Shown here: piece by piece, positions 18,439-27,442 of the stretch
How positions within the stretch are numbered: the first letter of the stretch is position 1
Layout of the letters: each line of letters begins with the position of its first letter
From: Candidatus Uhrbacteria bacterium CG_4_9_14_3_um_filter_41_35
GTDB taxonomy: Bacteria; Patescibacteriota; Patescibacteriia; UBA9934
DNA: 54,731 nucleotides
Direction of reading: 5' to 3'
Assembly (NCBI GenBank): GCA_002791275.1
Contig: PFWT01000025.1
Coordinates: forward strand, 1-54,731
Notes under the pieces: generated by a model
The model's database searches: none
The model's input: the letters and a program-made list of their open reading frames with translations, nothing else
Told to the model about the DNA's origin: nothing
Program-made: the position numbers and the translations under genes

Positions 18439-18909
18439 TTATCGAAGCACACCAACCGCAGAAACCTCAGATGTACAAACTACAGTACCCGCTATATCAC
18501 AAATATAGGTTCCTTTATCCTCCCCGTACTTAACCCGCACAGCACAATCAGCTGCGCCATCTGTTAGCGGAACTTCATTGAAACTAACCTCATTATTCAT
18601 CATTGCAGAAGCTACACTCTCTCTGTAAGATCCGTCGCCAGACTCAACTACGAAATAGCCAAGGTTTGGGTCCTCAAAGTAAGAAATTACGTTTGGTGCG
18701 CCGTGCGAAAGACAGTCTCCAGATTCGTGAGTGTATCTGAATTCTTTGTATGTATCTTTTCGATCCAAAATGTTTCCTAGAACCTCACTAAATGGTACAT
18801 TTGCCATTTGTTTAACTGTGTCATTGACCGCAGTATCTGAAGCATCACCGCCAACACAACCACCACCAATTAAAGTAAGCGCAACTAAAAGTCCTAAAGT
18901 TTTTTTCAT
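18439..18909 (-). CDS. lipoprotein, function unknown
   Basis: Signal peptide with lipobox MKKTLGLLVALTLIGGGC. No other motif was recognised. Confidence 0.7.
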   Translation of the reverse strand: MKKTLGLLVALTLIGGGCVGGDASDTAVNDTVKQMANVPFSEVLGNILDRKDTYKEFRYTHESGDCLSHGAPNVISYFEDPNLGYFVVESGDGSYRESVASAMMNNEVSFNEVPLTDGAADCAVRVKYGEDKGTYICDIAGTVVCTSEVSAVGVLR

Positions 18910-19031
18910 ATTAGTATAAGTTAATTATTAATCGAATATTATCATTTTTTGAATATTAGTAAAGATACCCTCAGAATTACTTCTTTAATAAAAAACAGCT
19001 AGCTTTAAGACAAACTAGCCGTTACACGATG

Positions 19032-19592
19032 TTACTCGCGTGCGCTGTACTGAAAGCGTACGTTCAGCACCTTCATCGCAGTTTCGATGTCTGGAACAAA
19101 GGTGATGTAGGATCCGTAGTTGTGGCGAGTCAGTCCCTGCTTAGCCTGCATATTCAGCAGTTCGGCCAACAAGTTCCATTCCTCACCAACACAAATGAGC
19201 GGCTTACCCTGACCGATCTCCCCTAGCGTGGTTCTTGCAAGCACCTCATGAATTTCGTAGGCAGTGCCCGCCCCGCCTGGCAAAGCCACAAAGGCGTCAC
19301 CCTTGCTAATCAGGAGACTCTGACGTTCGGGCAAAGTCTTGCCAAACTCAAGGCTATGGTAATACTTGTGTTCCGGTGGATATGCCGTAAGGTTCACAAT
19401 TTCCACCTGGCCACCAGTGCGAAAAGCTCCCTTACAGACCGCCTCCATCATACCTGTTGAACCGCCGTTCACACAGGTGTAGCCCTCCTCTGCCAGAAAC
19501 ACTCCAAAATCGTAAGCAAGCTTCAGATAAAAATCCCTCTTCTCGCCATGCGGAGATGATGCGCAAAACACAACCACCTTCAAGTTAGCCAT
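19032..19592 (-). CDS. LOG-family (TIGR00730-type) nucleotide-binding / phosphoribohydrolase protein
   Basis: NGGSTGMMEAV and ALPGGAGTAYE match the GGGxGxMG and PGGxGTxxE LOG motifs. The start is at Met-7, preceded by GGAGG. Confidence 0.75.
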   Translation of the reverse strand: MANLKVVVFCASSPHGEKRDFYLKLAYDFGVFLAEEGYTCVNGGSTGMMEAVCKGAFRTGGQVEIVNLTAYPPEHKYYHSLEFGKTLPERQSLLISKGDAFVALPGGAGTAYEIHEVLARTTLGEIGQGKPLICVGEEWNLLAELLNMQAKQGLTRHNYGSYITFVPDIETAMKVLNVRFQYSARE

Positions 19593-19666
19593 TTGACCTC
19601 CAAGTATCAAACTAACAGAAATCCAAGAATAGTCAACGCAAATTATTATAAGCTTGATTAAAAAAT

Positions 19667-20128
19667 ATGGTACAGTATCCTTATATGAAATACACTATTA
19701 TAGTTCTTAGTTTAATATTACTGCTCGGAGCCGGCTGTGCTGTTAAACCCATAAATGACTCGTTGAACTTGAGTAATCAAGATCTCACCTCTTTGCCTAA
19801 TAATTTACTCGAGGATACCTCAATTACTGAACTCGATATTTCAAATAACCAAATAAGTGGTTCATTACCGAGTCAGATTGGGCAACTCAAAAATCTACGC
19901 ACACTAAACGCCAGCAACAATAATTTCACTGGGATTCCTGCCGAAATCGGACAACTCTCGAACTTAGAAATTATAAACTTTTCAAATAATCAACTCACGG
20001 GGCTACCAAATGAACTCGGAAATCTTACTAATCTTCAAATCCTAGATCTTTCAGGCAACAAAGTTTCAGAAATTGATCTTGAAGCAATCAGAAAAGCGTT
20101 ACCTAAAACTACACAGATTATCCTATAA
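19667..20128 (+). CDS. leucine-rich-repeat lipoprotein
   Basis: Lipobox LLLGAGC, then about four 23-aa LRRs (L..L.L..N.L.G.LP..IG.L.NL). Confidence 0.8.
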   Translation: MVQYPYMKYTIIVLSLILLLGAGCAVKPINDSLNLSNQDLTSLPNNLLEDTSITELDISNNQISGSLPSQIGQLKNLRTLNASNNNFTGIPAEIGQLSNLEIINFSNNQLTGLPNELGNLTNLQILDLSGNKVSEIDLEAIRKALPKTTQIIL

Positions 20129-20130
20129 AC

Positions 20131-20158
20131 AAAAACTGACCTTAGAGGTCAGTTTTTT
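20131..20158. terminator. bidirectional intrinsic terminator
   Basis: AAAAACTGACCT-TAGA-GGTCAGTTTTTT between the convergent LRR and tdk genes. Confidence 0.7.
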
Positions 20159-20711
20159 ACCTAATTACCGGCTCATAACACCCTAAACATCTGGGTTCGT
20201 ATTCTCCATCACCGACCTGAATCCGATCGAACGACTCGTTTAACCGTTGACTCCGCGTAGCTTCCCTCACCCTGCACTTCATACAAACCGCGGTCAGCTT
20301 AACTACTGGGTGAGCGAGCGCGATTAGTTGCGCCATTACCTCAAAGGGTTTTTCAAATGAATCGGTGTCTAAACCAGAGACGATAACTCGTTTCTTCTTT
20401 CGGATAAGCTGGAGCACTACGTCCACCAAACCAGGGTCAAAAAACTGCGCTTCATCGATACCAACAACGTGATCTACATCTTTTACAATAGTTAAAATTT
20501 CAGCCGAGTCCTTTACTTCGTGCGCATCGAGTGTTCCGCCACTACGCGACTTTACCTCTGCGCCTGTTCTTGTGTCTCTAGCTGGTTTGAAGGTTACAAC
20601 GCCAAGACCGGCAATTCTTGATCGTTTTAATTGTCTTATAAGTTCCTCCGTTTTTCCGGAAAACATACAGCCGGTGATAACTACTAACTGGGGGTTTAGT
20701 ACAGAATCCAT
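20157..20711 (-). CDS. tdk: thymidine kinase
   Basis: P-loop GCMFSGKTEELIR, VVGIDEAQFF, and a C-terminal Cys pair zinc motif (CMKC...CLGC). Confidence 0.9.
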   Translation of the reverse strand: MDSVLNPQLVVITGCMFSGKTEELIRQLKRSRIAGLGVVTFKPARDTRTGAEVKSRSGGTLDAHEVKDSAEILTIVKDVDHVVGIDEAQFFDPGLVDVVLQLIRKKKRVIVSGLDTDSFEKPFEVMAQLIALAHPVVKLTAVCMKCRVREATRSQRLNESFDRIQVGDGEYEPRCLGCYEPVIR

Positions 20712-20753
20712 AACATTTTCTTTGCTCGCATTTTACACTATTTATATTTTTAG

Positions 20754-20784
20754 TAAAAAAATGAGGCGGACAAATGTCCACCTC
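20754..20784 (-). terminator. intrinsic terminator of the 155-aa orphan gene
   Basis: Minus strand: GAGGTGGACA-TT-TGTCCGCCTC followed by ATTTTTTT. Confidence 0.65.
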
Positions 20785-20804
20785 TAGCTAACCTTGGCTA
20801 CGTT

Positions 20805-21266
20805 TTATAGCACGTAGTAGGCAACCACACCTGGCGAGTCCTTGGAGACAAGAGTGGCACCAGTGCCACTTGGCTCAAGCGACGCGTCTCCCTCAAACTG
20901 TGTGAGCAAGTCCCAAGCCTCCTCTTCAGAGGAGGCTACAACCACAGCCACACTTCCGCGGCGAGTCTTGATCGAGTAAATCTTATACTCGATCAAGTGG
21001 TAGCCAAAGGTCTCGTGAAAGACCTCCAGAATGCCGCTCACGAACTCAGGAATAAGTTCATTCGCGGTCCCGTTCGGAAACGCTCGTCCGTTCTTCGCGT
21101 ACTGAAGCGTCTCAAAACCCTTGCTCATCTCGTAATCCCGAGCCGTTGTTTCTCCACGGCTCCTGCTGGTCAAATTTTCCGAAAAATCCTTTGCTCTCCT
21201 GAATTCCCTCCGGACTCCGGCAAGCAAATTATCGATCTTAGTAGACCGATTACGATGTTGACTCAT
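20805..21266 (-). CDS. hypothetical protein (153 aa)
   Basis: GGAGG lies 6 nt before ATG 21266. It has its own TTGACA-type promoter and terminator. No motif was recognised. Confidence 0.6.
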   Translation of the reverse strand: MSQHRNRSTKIDNLLAGVRREFRRAKDFSENLTSRSRGETTARDYEMSKGFETLQYAKNGRAFPNGTANELIPEFVSGILEVFHETFGYHLIEYKIYSIKTRRGSVAVVVASSEEEAWDLLTQFEGDASLEPSGTGATLVSKDSPGVVAYYVL

Positions 21267-21428
21267 TTTCAACCTCCAGATTGAAATGATTTTTTACTAC
21301 ATTTTATTATTTTTGTCAACGTCTATATATCTGAACGATCCCATCGCATATTATAACTTTAACGGTTTCAGAACTATAAAATTGATTGATATTTTCAAAT
21401 TAAAAATCGCCTTTTGCGGGGCGATCTA

Positions 21429-22358
21429 CTAGAGTGAGTCGGGATCCGGGTGACCCGCTAAGCGCGCAAAGATCTGCTTACAGTAAGGACCTGTTGAGCT
21501 AATCGTCTGGAGTTTGTACATAGCCTGTGGCCAAAATTCGGTTTCTGCGTAGGCGCAGAGCCCACCAAGTGCAGTAACTCCCCACTGATTAGCGAGCACA
21601 CATTCCCTTCGGTAGGCTTCGAGTTCTGAAAACCACATACTAGTACACTCATCCTCCAACGTGAAGTGGTAAGAGTCACACTCTGCAGTCTTCTCCGCTT
21701 CGTTAGCGCAGTACATCAGCATCTGGTTCCGGTAAGTGTCGCCCAGCCAGATCTTGTAGTGCTGAAACTCGTGATAGATCACTAGAAGTGCGGTGGTAAT
21801 TTCCTCGTCGGTTGCCAGACTTGCTAGCCATCTTGGATTTACACCAAGAACCGGTTGTTCACCTCTCGTGATGGTGTTTTGAGACCACGCAATTGACTCT
21901 TGCGGGATAACCCTAAACTCGGCACTAAACGCTTGATCTGTTTCCCAAGAAAGCGCAATCTCGCCAGACTCGATCAGCTTAAAAAAATCCTCGCGGATTT
22001 CGGGCTCCGGGTGCCCCTTAATCAGGTCACGCAAGCGAAACGAAAGCGTTTCTCCGCCCAGCCTAGTGCCTTCACCAAAATCAAGCACTAGAGTAGGAGT
22101 TAATCTTGGCAAAGTGATCTTTTTGAAAGTAGCCTCTTGCGCAGGCAGAAGTGGAAGTTGCCAAAGTGTCTCGGTGCCAACAACCTCAAGCGCCGTGTCT
22201 GACGGCTGATCAAGCTGATACTTGTTGTGGAGCTCACTTCGAAGCCAGGTTCCGAACCGAAGTGAGTTCAGAATGAGCAGGCAAATCACGATCAAAAACG
22301 CTAGCAAGCTTAAGTTGAGACTCCAGTTTGGTCCATAAAACTGCCGAGTATTATTCAT
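21429..22358 (-). CDS. membrane-anchored hypothetical protein with an HExxH motif
   Basis: N-terminal TM helix (LSLLAFLIVICLLILN), a single YHEFQH motif and several Cys. Own promoter (TTGACA-17-TAATTT) and terminator (about 21405-21430). Confidence 0.6.
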   Translation of the reverse strand: MNNTRQFYGPNWSLNLSLLAFLIVICLLILNSLRFGTWLRSELHNKYQLDQPSDTALEVVGTETLWQLPLLPAQEATFKKITLPRLTPTLVLDFGEGTRLGGETLSFRLRDLIKGHPEPEIREDFFKLIESGEIALSWETDQAFSAEFRVIPQESIAWSQNTITRGEQPVLGVNPRWLASLATDEEITTALLVIYHEFQHYKIWLGDTYRNQMLMYCANEAEKTAECDSYHFTLEDECTSMWFSELEAYRRECVLANQWGVTALGGLCAYAETEFWPQAMYKLQTISSTGPYCKQIFARLAGHPDPDSL

Positions 22359-22471
22359 TTGTAAGAACCCCCAAAGAACGTTGTTCTTGACTTTCAAGAA
22401 CAAGAAATTAACACTAAATCAGTTAATTGTCAAAGAAAAAATCACCCACAGGGTGATTTTTTCTGTTAAAT

Positions 22472-24265
22472 TTAAGCAACTTTATTTCGTTTTCGGTCGG
22501 CTTCTGTAAGGAAGATCTTGCGAATTCGAATTGTTTCCGGAGTTACCTCAACATATTCATCTGACTCAATGTATTCAAGAGCGCGCTCTAAATTCATATC
22601 GATTGGTGGCGCTAGCATAATCGCAGCATCCGCACCACTTGATCGCATATTGGTAAGCTTCTTACCCTTCACCGCGTTCACGGTCATATTGTCCTTAGCG
22701 CTAGCTCCGATAACCATACCTTCGTAGAGCTCTTCACCTGGACCTACAAACAACGTTCCACGTTGTTGAATTCCATCAAGCGCGTAAGCAGTAGCCTTTC
22801 CAGGAAACCCAGAAATGATTGAACCCGCAGTTCGTCGAGAAATCTCTCCCTTATGCTCTCCGTATTCCGCAAAGATGTGCGACAGTGTTCCCTCCCCCTT
22901 CGTGTCAGTTACGAACTCTGTTCGGTAACCAAGCAGTCCGCGAGTTGGGATCTTGTACTCAAGCCTGGTAGATCCGCGTTCGCTCTTCATATTCAGCATT
23001 TCTCCTTTTCGTTTTCCAAGCTTTTCAATCACTGAACCAGCAAGATCGTCTGGAACGTCAATAGTAACCGCTTCGTATGGCTCCTGTTTACTAGACCCCT
23101 CACCAAGCATAATCACCTGTGGCTGAGAAACCTGCAATTCGTAACCTTCGCGACGCATAGTTTCGATAAGCACAGCAAGGTGCATTTCGCCACGTCCGCT
23201 AACTTTAAAAACATCACCACTTGAAAGCTCAATTTTTAGTCCAACGTTTGTTTCAAGTTCACGCTCTAGTCGTTCGCGGATCTGTCTTGAAGTCACAAAT
23301 TTACCTTCACGACCTGCAAACGGAGAATTATTTACAAGGAAGTTCATTGTAAGTGTAGGCTCGTCAACGTTAATAGCTGGCAAAGGTTCAGCGTCTTTAT
23401 TCTGAGCAATAGTCTCTCCCACGTTAATGTTTGCAATTCCAGCCACCTGTACAATGTCTCCAGCGTAAGCTTCCTCAACTGAAATATTGTGCAAACCCTG
23501 AGTTGTAAAGAGTTTTGAAACCTTCTGCTGTTCTCTTGTACCATCTAGTTTAATAACCGTGATTGGCATGCCAACCTTAATTGTTCCTTCATAAATTCGG
23601 CCTGAACCCATTCGACCAACATAGTCGTCATAAGCTAAGTTAGCAGGTTGCATTCGAAGTGGCGCATTCACATCGCTCTTCGCAGATGGCACTGTGTCTA
23701 AAATGAGCTTGAATAATGGCTGAAGGTCAGTTGAACCGTCGCCAACGTTATTCATTGCAATACCATCACGTGCGATTGTATAAATATGTTTAAAATCAAG
23801 CTGTTCGTCGTTTGCACCAAGTTCAACGAATAGATCAAAAACCATATCAAGAACCTCATCCGGTCTTGCAGATGGTTTATCAATTTTGTTAATCACCACA
23901 ATTGGCTTTAGCCCGAGTTCTAGTGATTTTCGAAGTACAAATTTAGTTTGTGGCATTGGACCTTCGTACGCATCCACCAAAATAAGCACAGAATCAACCA
24001 TTCTAAGCACACGTTCAACCTCAGAACCAAAGTCAGCGTGACCTGGAGTATCAACAATATTGATTTTTACATCACCAATATTAATCGCAGTATTTTTGGC
24101 GTAAATAGTAATACCACGCTCCTTTTCTTGATCGTTACTGTCCATTACTCTTTCCGTGATCTCTTCACGATCTGAGAAAGTACCTGATTGTTTAAGCATC
24201 GCATCAACTAGTGTTGTTTTACCATGGTCAACGTGAGCGATAATCGCAATATTTCGGAAATCCAC
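22472..24265 (-). CDS. typA: translational GTPase TypA/BipA
   Basis: [22 protein letters not shown] and the full-length EF-G-like layout. GTG start. Confidence 0.95.
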   Translation of the reverse strand: MDFRNIAIIAHVDHGKTTLVDAMLKQSGTFSDREEITERVMDSNDQEKERGITIYAKNTAINIGDVKINIVDTPGHADFGSEVERVLRMVDSVLILVDAYEGPMPQTKFVLRKSLELGLKPIVVINKIDKPSARPDEVLDMVFDLFVELGANDEQLDFKHIYTIARDGIAMNNVGDGSTDLQPLFKLILDTVPSAKSDVNAPLRMQPANLAYDDYVGRMGSGRIYEGTIKVGMPITVIKLDGTREQQKVSKLFTTQGLHNISVEEAYAGDIVQVAGIANINVGETIAQNKDAEPLPAINVDEPTLTMNFLVNNSPFAGREGKFVTSRQIRERLERELETNVGLKIELSSGDVFKVSGRGEMHLAVLIETMRREGYELQVSQPQVIMLGEGSSKQEPYEAVTIDVPDDLAGSVIEKLGKRKGEMLNMKSERGSTRLEYKIPTRGLLGYRTEFVTDTKGEGTLSHIFAEYGEHKGEISRRTAGSIISGFPGKATAYALDGIQQRGTLFVGPGEELYEGMVIGASAKDNMTVNAVKGKKLTNMRSSGADAAIMLAPPIDMNLERALEYIESDEYVEVTPETIRIRKIFLTEADRKRNKVA

Positions 24266-24295
24266 AAAGCTTATAATTATATTTTCAAGACGCTG

Positions 24296-24324
24296 ATCAT
24301 AGCGAACTTCAGCTAATTTGTCAA
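24296..24324 (-). promoter_or_regulatory. sigma-70-type promoter of typA
   Basis: Minus strand TTGACA (24324-24319), 17-nt spacer, TATGAT (24301-24296). Confidence 0.55.
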
Positions 24325-24367
24325 TCTCAATTATTTGAACTAACTCTGCATTATGGAACTTTTAACC

Positions 24368-24646
24368 CTAAAACAACTTCTCGAGCTCTCTTTTAACCCG
24401 CCATTTATCTTCTAAACTCACATAAATATAGAGCTCCTGAAAAAAAGATGGGCCATAAACCACCACTTGCCAACCAGCTGGCACTGCCTTAAATTTAAGA
24501 CGTCGTTTTTTTGAACTACCTTTTTTTATAATTCCGAGGACTATTTTTCTCACTTCTTGCATTTTTTCAGCGTTATCAACTACAAGTGCCGACGTCGCAA
24601 TAACGGTTGTATGACTTCCGGTAATTTTTCCACCAGCTCGATGCAT
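24368..24646 (-). CDS. hypothetical basic protein (92 aa)
   Basis: Open frame with no competing ORF. No motif was recognised. Confidence 0.5.
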   Translation of the reverse strand: MHRAGGKITGSHTTVIATSALVVDNAEKMQEVRKIVLGIIKKGSSKKRRLKFKAVPAGWQVVVYGPSFFQELYIYVSLEDKWRVKRELEKLF

Positions 24647-24765
24647 ATTATTTTAAGTGTATTTTAGCAAATTTTTGCCAAACAAAAAACCTGTGCTGGC
24701 TAGGCACAGGTAGAGCTCCTGAGACACAAACGCGTTGTTGCCCAGAATCAAACCTTATAGGTAAT

Positions 24766-25527
24766 TCAGTCGCTACCCTGCTTTTCAAGGCGCTGTTGTT
24801 TTTGACTTATGACAAACTCGGAGTAATTGTCGAAAAGCTGAAAGCCGGCGCGCTCGACAAGCTTAGCACAAGCCTTACCATAAGGCGCTGCATTAACTCG
24901 ACCGTTTGTGGTTTCACGCAATTGGTAGCGCATCCTGTTCCAGTCGTCTCGACCACCGCACCGACACAGTTCCTGCCGGTTCTTGAATAGTGCACAATCA
25001 GTACCGGTCTCAGGTGAGCCTCGCGAGAAAATGTAGCTATCGCCCCTAGCGAATCCCTCCGCAAACTCTCGAACACCAGGCAGAGCTTCCTGTCTCCGTA
25101 CCTCTGCCGGACCAACGAACAGAGGGACACGGTCATCTGCCACCAGGAGTTTACCAACCGTGTTTTTATCACGGTAGTTGATCGCTTCCGCCATAGATTG
25201 CGCGCACAGGTCGCAAACGAAGGGCGCCTCACCCTTGGCAGAGGATTCAAGCAAAAAAAGGTAGTTGTCACTTTGATGTAAACGCACGGTCGGTATTTTT
25301 GCGGTGCGCTCGAAGATTGCTGTAAGAACCTCCGGATTCAACCGAAAACCCAAATGTTCTGGCACTAGCACTGGACAAAGAGTGCACTTCTTAGCGTTTT
25401 GTGTCCAAGCTCTGCCAATCTTACAAAGACCGTCAGTGGCAATTTCATTTCCTTTACGACCCGGCTTCATGTGAAGCTGGTGACCACAAGTTTTTCCATC
25501 ATTTGCCAAATTGCAGTTACAGTACAT
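24766..25527 (-). CDS. Cys-rich hypothetical protein (253 aa)
   Basis: GGAGGTG SD before ATG 25527. Promoter TTGACA-17-TATTGT (25609-25581) and terminator (about 24697-24720). N-terminal CxC..C..H and later CxxC and CxC clusters. Confidence 0.6.
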   Translation of the reverse strand: MYCNCNLANDGKTCGHQLHMKPGRKGNEIATDGLCKIGRAWTQNAKKCTLCPVLVPEHLGFRLNPEVLTAIFERTAKIPTVRLHQSDNYLFLLESSAKGEAPFVCDLCAQSMAEAINYRDKNTVGKLLVADDRVPLFVGPAEVRRQEALPGVREFAEGFARGDSYIFSRGSPETGTDCALFKNRQELCRCGGRDDWNRMRYQLRETTNGRVNAAPYGKACAKLVERAGFQLFDNYSEFVISQKQQRLEKQGSD

Positions 25528-25625
25528 CTTCACCTCCAGAATTATTGTAAAATTACCTTCTACTTGTGTAGAACTAAACAACAATAAGGAAATGTAGGGA
25601 TTATGTCAAGTATTTTAGCCAGCTA

Positions 25626-25654
25626 TTGACAAATATTCTGTTATTTTGTAATAT
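25626..25654 (+). promoter_or_regulatory. sigma-70-type promoter of rpmG
   Basis: TTGACA (25626-25631), 17-nt spacer, TAATAT (25649-25654). Confidence 0.55.
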
Positions 25655-25680
25655 TCCAGCATCAAATCTATAGAAATACT

Positions 25681-25836
25681 ATGAGCCAAGATAACATGAT
25701 CCGGCTAGAGTGTACTGACTGCAAAACAGTTAACTATCATTCTCGGAAAAACAAAAAAACCCTAAAGGAACGACTGGAGATCAAAAAGTTCTGTAAGAGT
25801 TGTGGAACCCACATTGGTCACAAAGAAACAAAATAA
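25681..25836 (+). CDS. rpmG: 50S ribosomal protein L33
   Basis: Hand translation gives MSQDNMIRLECTDCKTVNYHSRKNKKTLKERLEIKKFCKSCGTHIGHKETK. This is the CxxC..CxxC L33 pattern, followed by a hairpin plus T-run. It is below the ORF-track size cutoff. Confidence 0.9.
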   Translation: MSQDNMIRLECTDCKTVNYHSRKNKKTLKERLEIKKFCKSCGTHIGHKETK

Positions 25837-25872
25837 AAAAATCGTCCATTTGGACGATTTTTTTTTAGTTTT

Positions 25873-26664
25873 TTACTTATTCACAGTCATTTCCGAGATC
25901 CTCTTTTCAAAAATGTCTATTTTTTTGTTCTCTGGATTTACTCGTCTAAGTCGATCAAGCGTACTCATAGCCTCGTTCTTTTCACCAACCTCAATTGTGG
26001 TACTGATTAAAAAGTCGAGATACTTTGGGTTCTTTGGACTTATTTTTACAGCTCTCTTAAATTGAGTCTGCGCCTTTTTTATATTTCCCAGTTTTTCTTC
26101 CACTTCACCAAGCGAAGCAATCACGCTTGCATCCTTTGGATTAAGTTTCACCAAAAAAGCAAAAGTCTCTTGAGCTAATTTAAAATCCTTTTTCATTAAA
26201 TATAACCGACCCAAATTTTCGTAAGCCTCACTATCTTTTGGATCACTTGAAATTACTTCAATAAACTTTTTCTCCGCTCTTTCCCAAGCCTCTTCATCGG
26301 TCAATTTTTTCCCCTCTTCAATAAGTCGCTTAGCCGTTTCCCGGTCTAGCTTACCGCCCGCCCCAACTTTCTGTTTTTCCTGATACCGACGTTCAACCGC
26401 TACTAGTTTACCCGCCATTTTTCTAAAAATGGTTTGTATACCAACGCCTACTGGCTTAATCACACCCGAACTAATTTTATCAATCTGCTTACCACCAGCC
26501 CGTTCCACTCTCTGGCGCATAATTTCGTACTTCAGTTTTTTTGCCTGTACATCTTTATCTGAATCAGGGTTCACAATTCGTAGCTGTGGCAATTTTTTCC
26601 AGACCAAAAAACCTAAAACAATCACCGCTAAAAAAAGTAACATCAGTAAAACTGTTGTGAGCAT
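25873..26664 (-). CDS. membrane-anchored TPR-repeat protein
   Basis: N-terminal TM helix. The C-terminal half has TPR-like repeats (AYENLGRLYLMKKDFKLAQETF and similar). Confidence 0.7.
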   Translation of the reverse strand: MLTTVLLMLLFLAVIVLGFLVWKKLPQLRIVNPDSDKDVQAKKLKYEIMRQRVERAGGKQIDKISSGVIKPVGVGIQTIFRKMAGKLVAVERRYQEKQKVGAGGKLDRETAKRLIEEGKKLTDEEAWERAEKKFIEVISSDPKDSEAYENLGRLYLMKKDFKLAQETFAFLVKLNPKDASVIASLGEVEEKLGNIKKAQTQFKRAVKISPKNPKYLDFLISTTIEVGEKNEAMSTLDRLRRVNPENKKIDIFEKRISEMTVNK

Positions 26665-26665
26665 A

Positions 26666-27436
26666 TTATATTTGCGCGTTCAAAATATCACTTGCTAAAT
26701 TAATAATCTCGGTAAATTGATTAAGTTTTAGACTAGCTCCACCAATCAACAACCCATCAATTTCACTCTCTCTTAAGTACCCGTATGCGTTTTCACTAGT
26801 TACCGAGCCACCGTAGAGAACCTCCACTCGTTCAGGTTCTGCGCCTGTATATTTAGCAACCTCAGCTCTGATAATTTGATGCATTTCAACTATATCCGCC
26901 ACCGAAGCTGGTGCGCCGGTTCCAATTGCCCAAATAGGTTCGTACGCTACCATAAGTCTAGAGGTTTTTGGAATTGTTTGATTTTCAAAAATCTCCTTTA
27001 ACTGATTTTTTACAAAAGTAATTGCTTGCCCAGCTTCTCGCTCAATTTTTGATTCTCCGACACACAAAACTGGGGTTATTTTTTCTTCAAGCGCTAGCCT
27101 GAACTTTTTATGAAGCAGAACTCCGTCCTCCTGCATATAATTTCGACGTTCAGAGTGACCGATAATCACAAATGAACAGCCTACATCTTTAAGCATCGGT
27201 ACTGAAATCTCACCAGTAAAAGCCCCCGCTCGATCAGGTCCGCAGTTTTGCGCACCAAGCGCTAATTTACTCTTTGAAACTGCTTTTTGCACCTCAGATA
27301 GCACTGTAAACGGTGGGCAAATCACCACATCCGGCGTGAGTTCTTTACCTTTTAAAGACTGCAATACTCCGTGCGCTAAAGCCACGCTTTCCCGTATACC
27401 TAAATTCATTTTCCAATTTCCAATAACAGTTTTCAT
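26666..27436 (-). CDS. tpiA: triosephosphate isomerase
   Basis: GNWKMN, IIGHSERR, AYEPIWAIGTG and GGAS motifs. Confidence 0.95.
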   Translation of the reverse strand: MKTVIGNWKMNLGIRESVALAHGVLQSLKGKELTPDVVICPPFTVLSEVQKAVSKSKLALGAQNCGPDRAGAFTGEISVPMLKDVGCSFVIIGHSERRNYMQEDGVLLHKKFRLALEEKITPVLCVGESKIEREAGQAITFVKNQLKEIFENQTIPKTSRLMVAYEPIWAIGTGAPASVADIVEMHQIIRAEVAKYTGAEPERVEVLYGGSVTSENAYGYLRESEIDGLLIGGASLKLNQFTEIINLASDILNAQI

Positions 27437-27442
27437 ACCTCC

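Noticed and set aside
18168-18533. 121-aa plus-strand ORF.
   Set aside because: It starts inside repeat copy A, crosses a terminator hairpin and runs antisense into the lipoprotein gene. It has no SD and a low-complexity translation.
19032-25527. The idea that the LOG gene and the orphan genes form one horizontally acquired high-GC island.
   Set aside because: Hand counts show that the conserved neighbours tdk and typA are themselves about 48-50% G+C. The contrast (about 52-57%) is therefore modest, and the genes are interleaved with core genes. Only the 41-kb segment is a clear compositional outlier.
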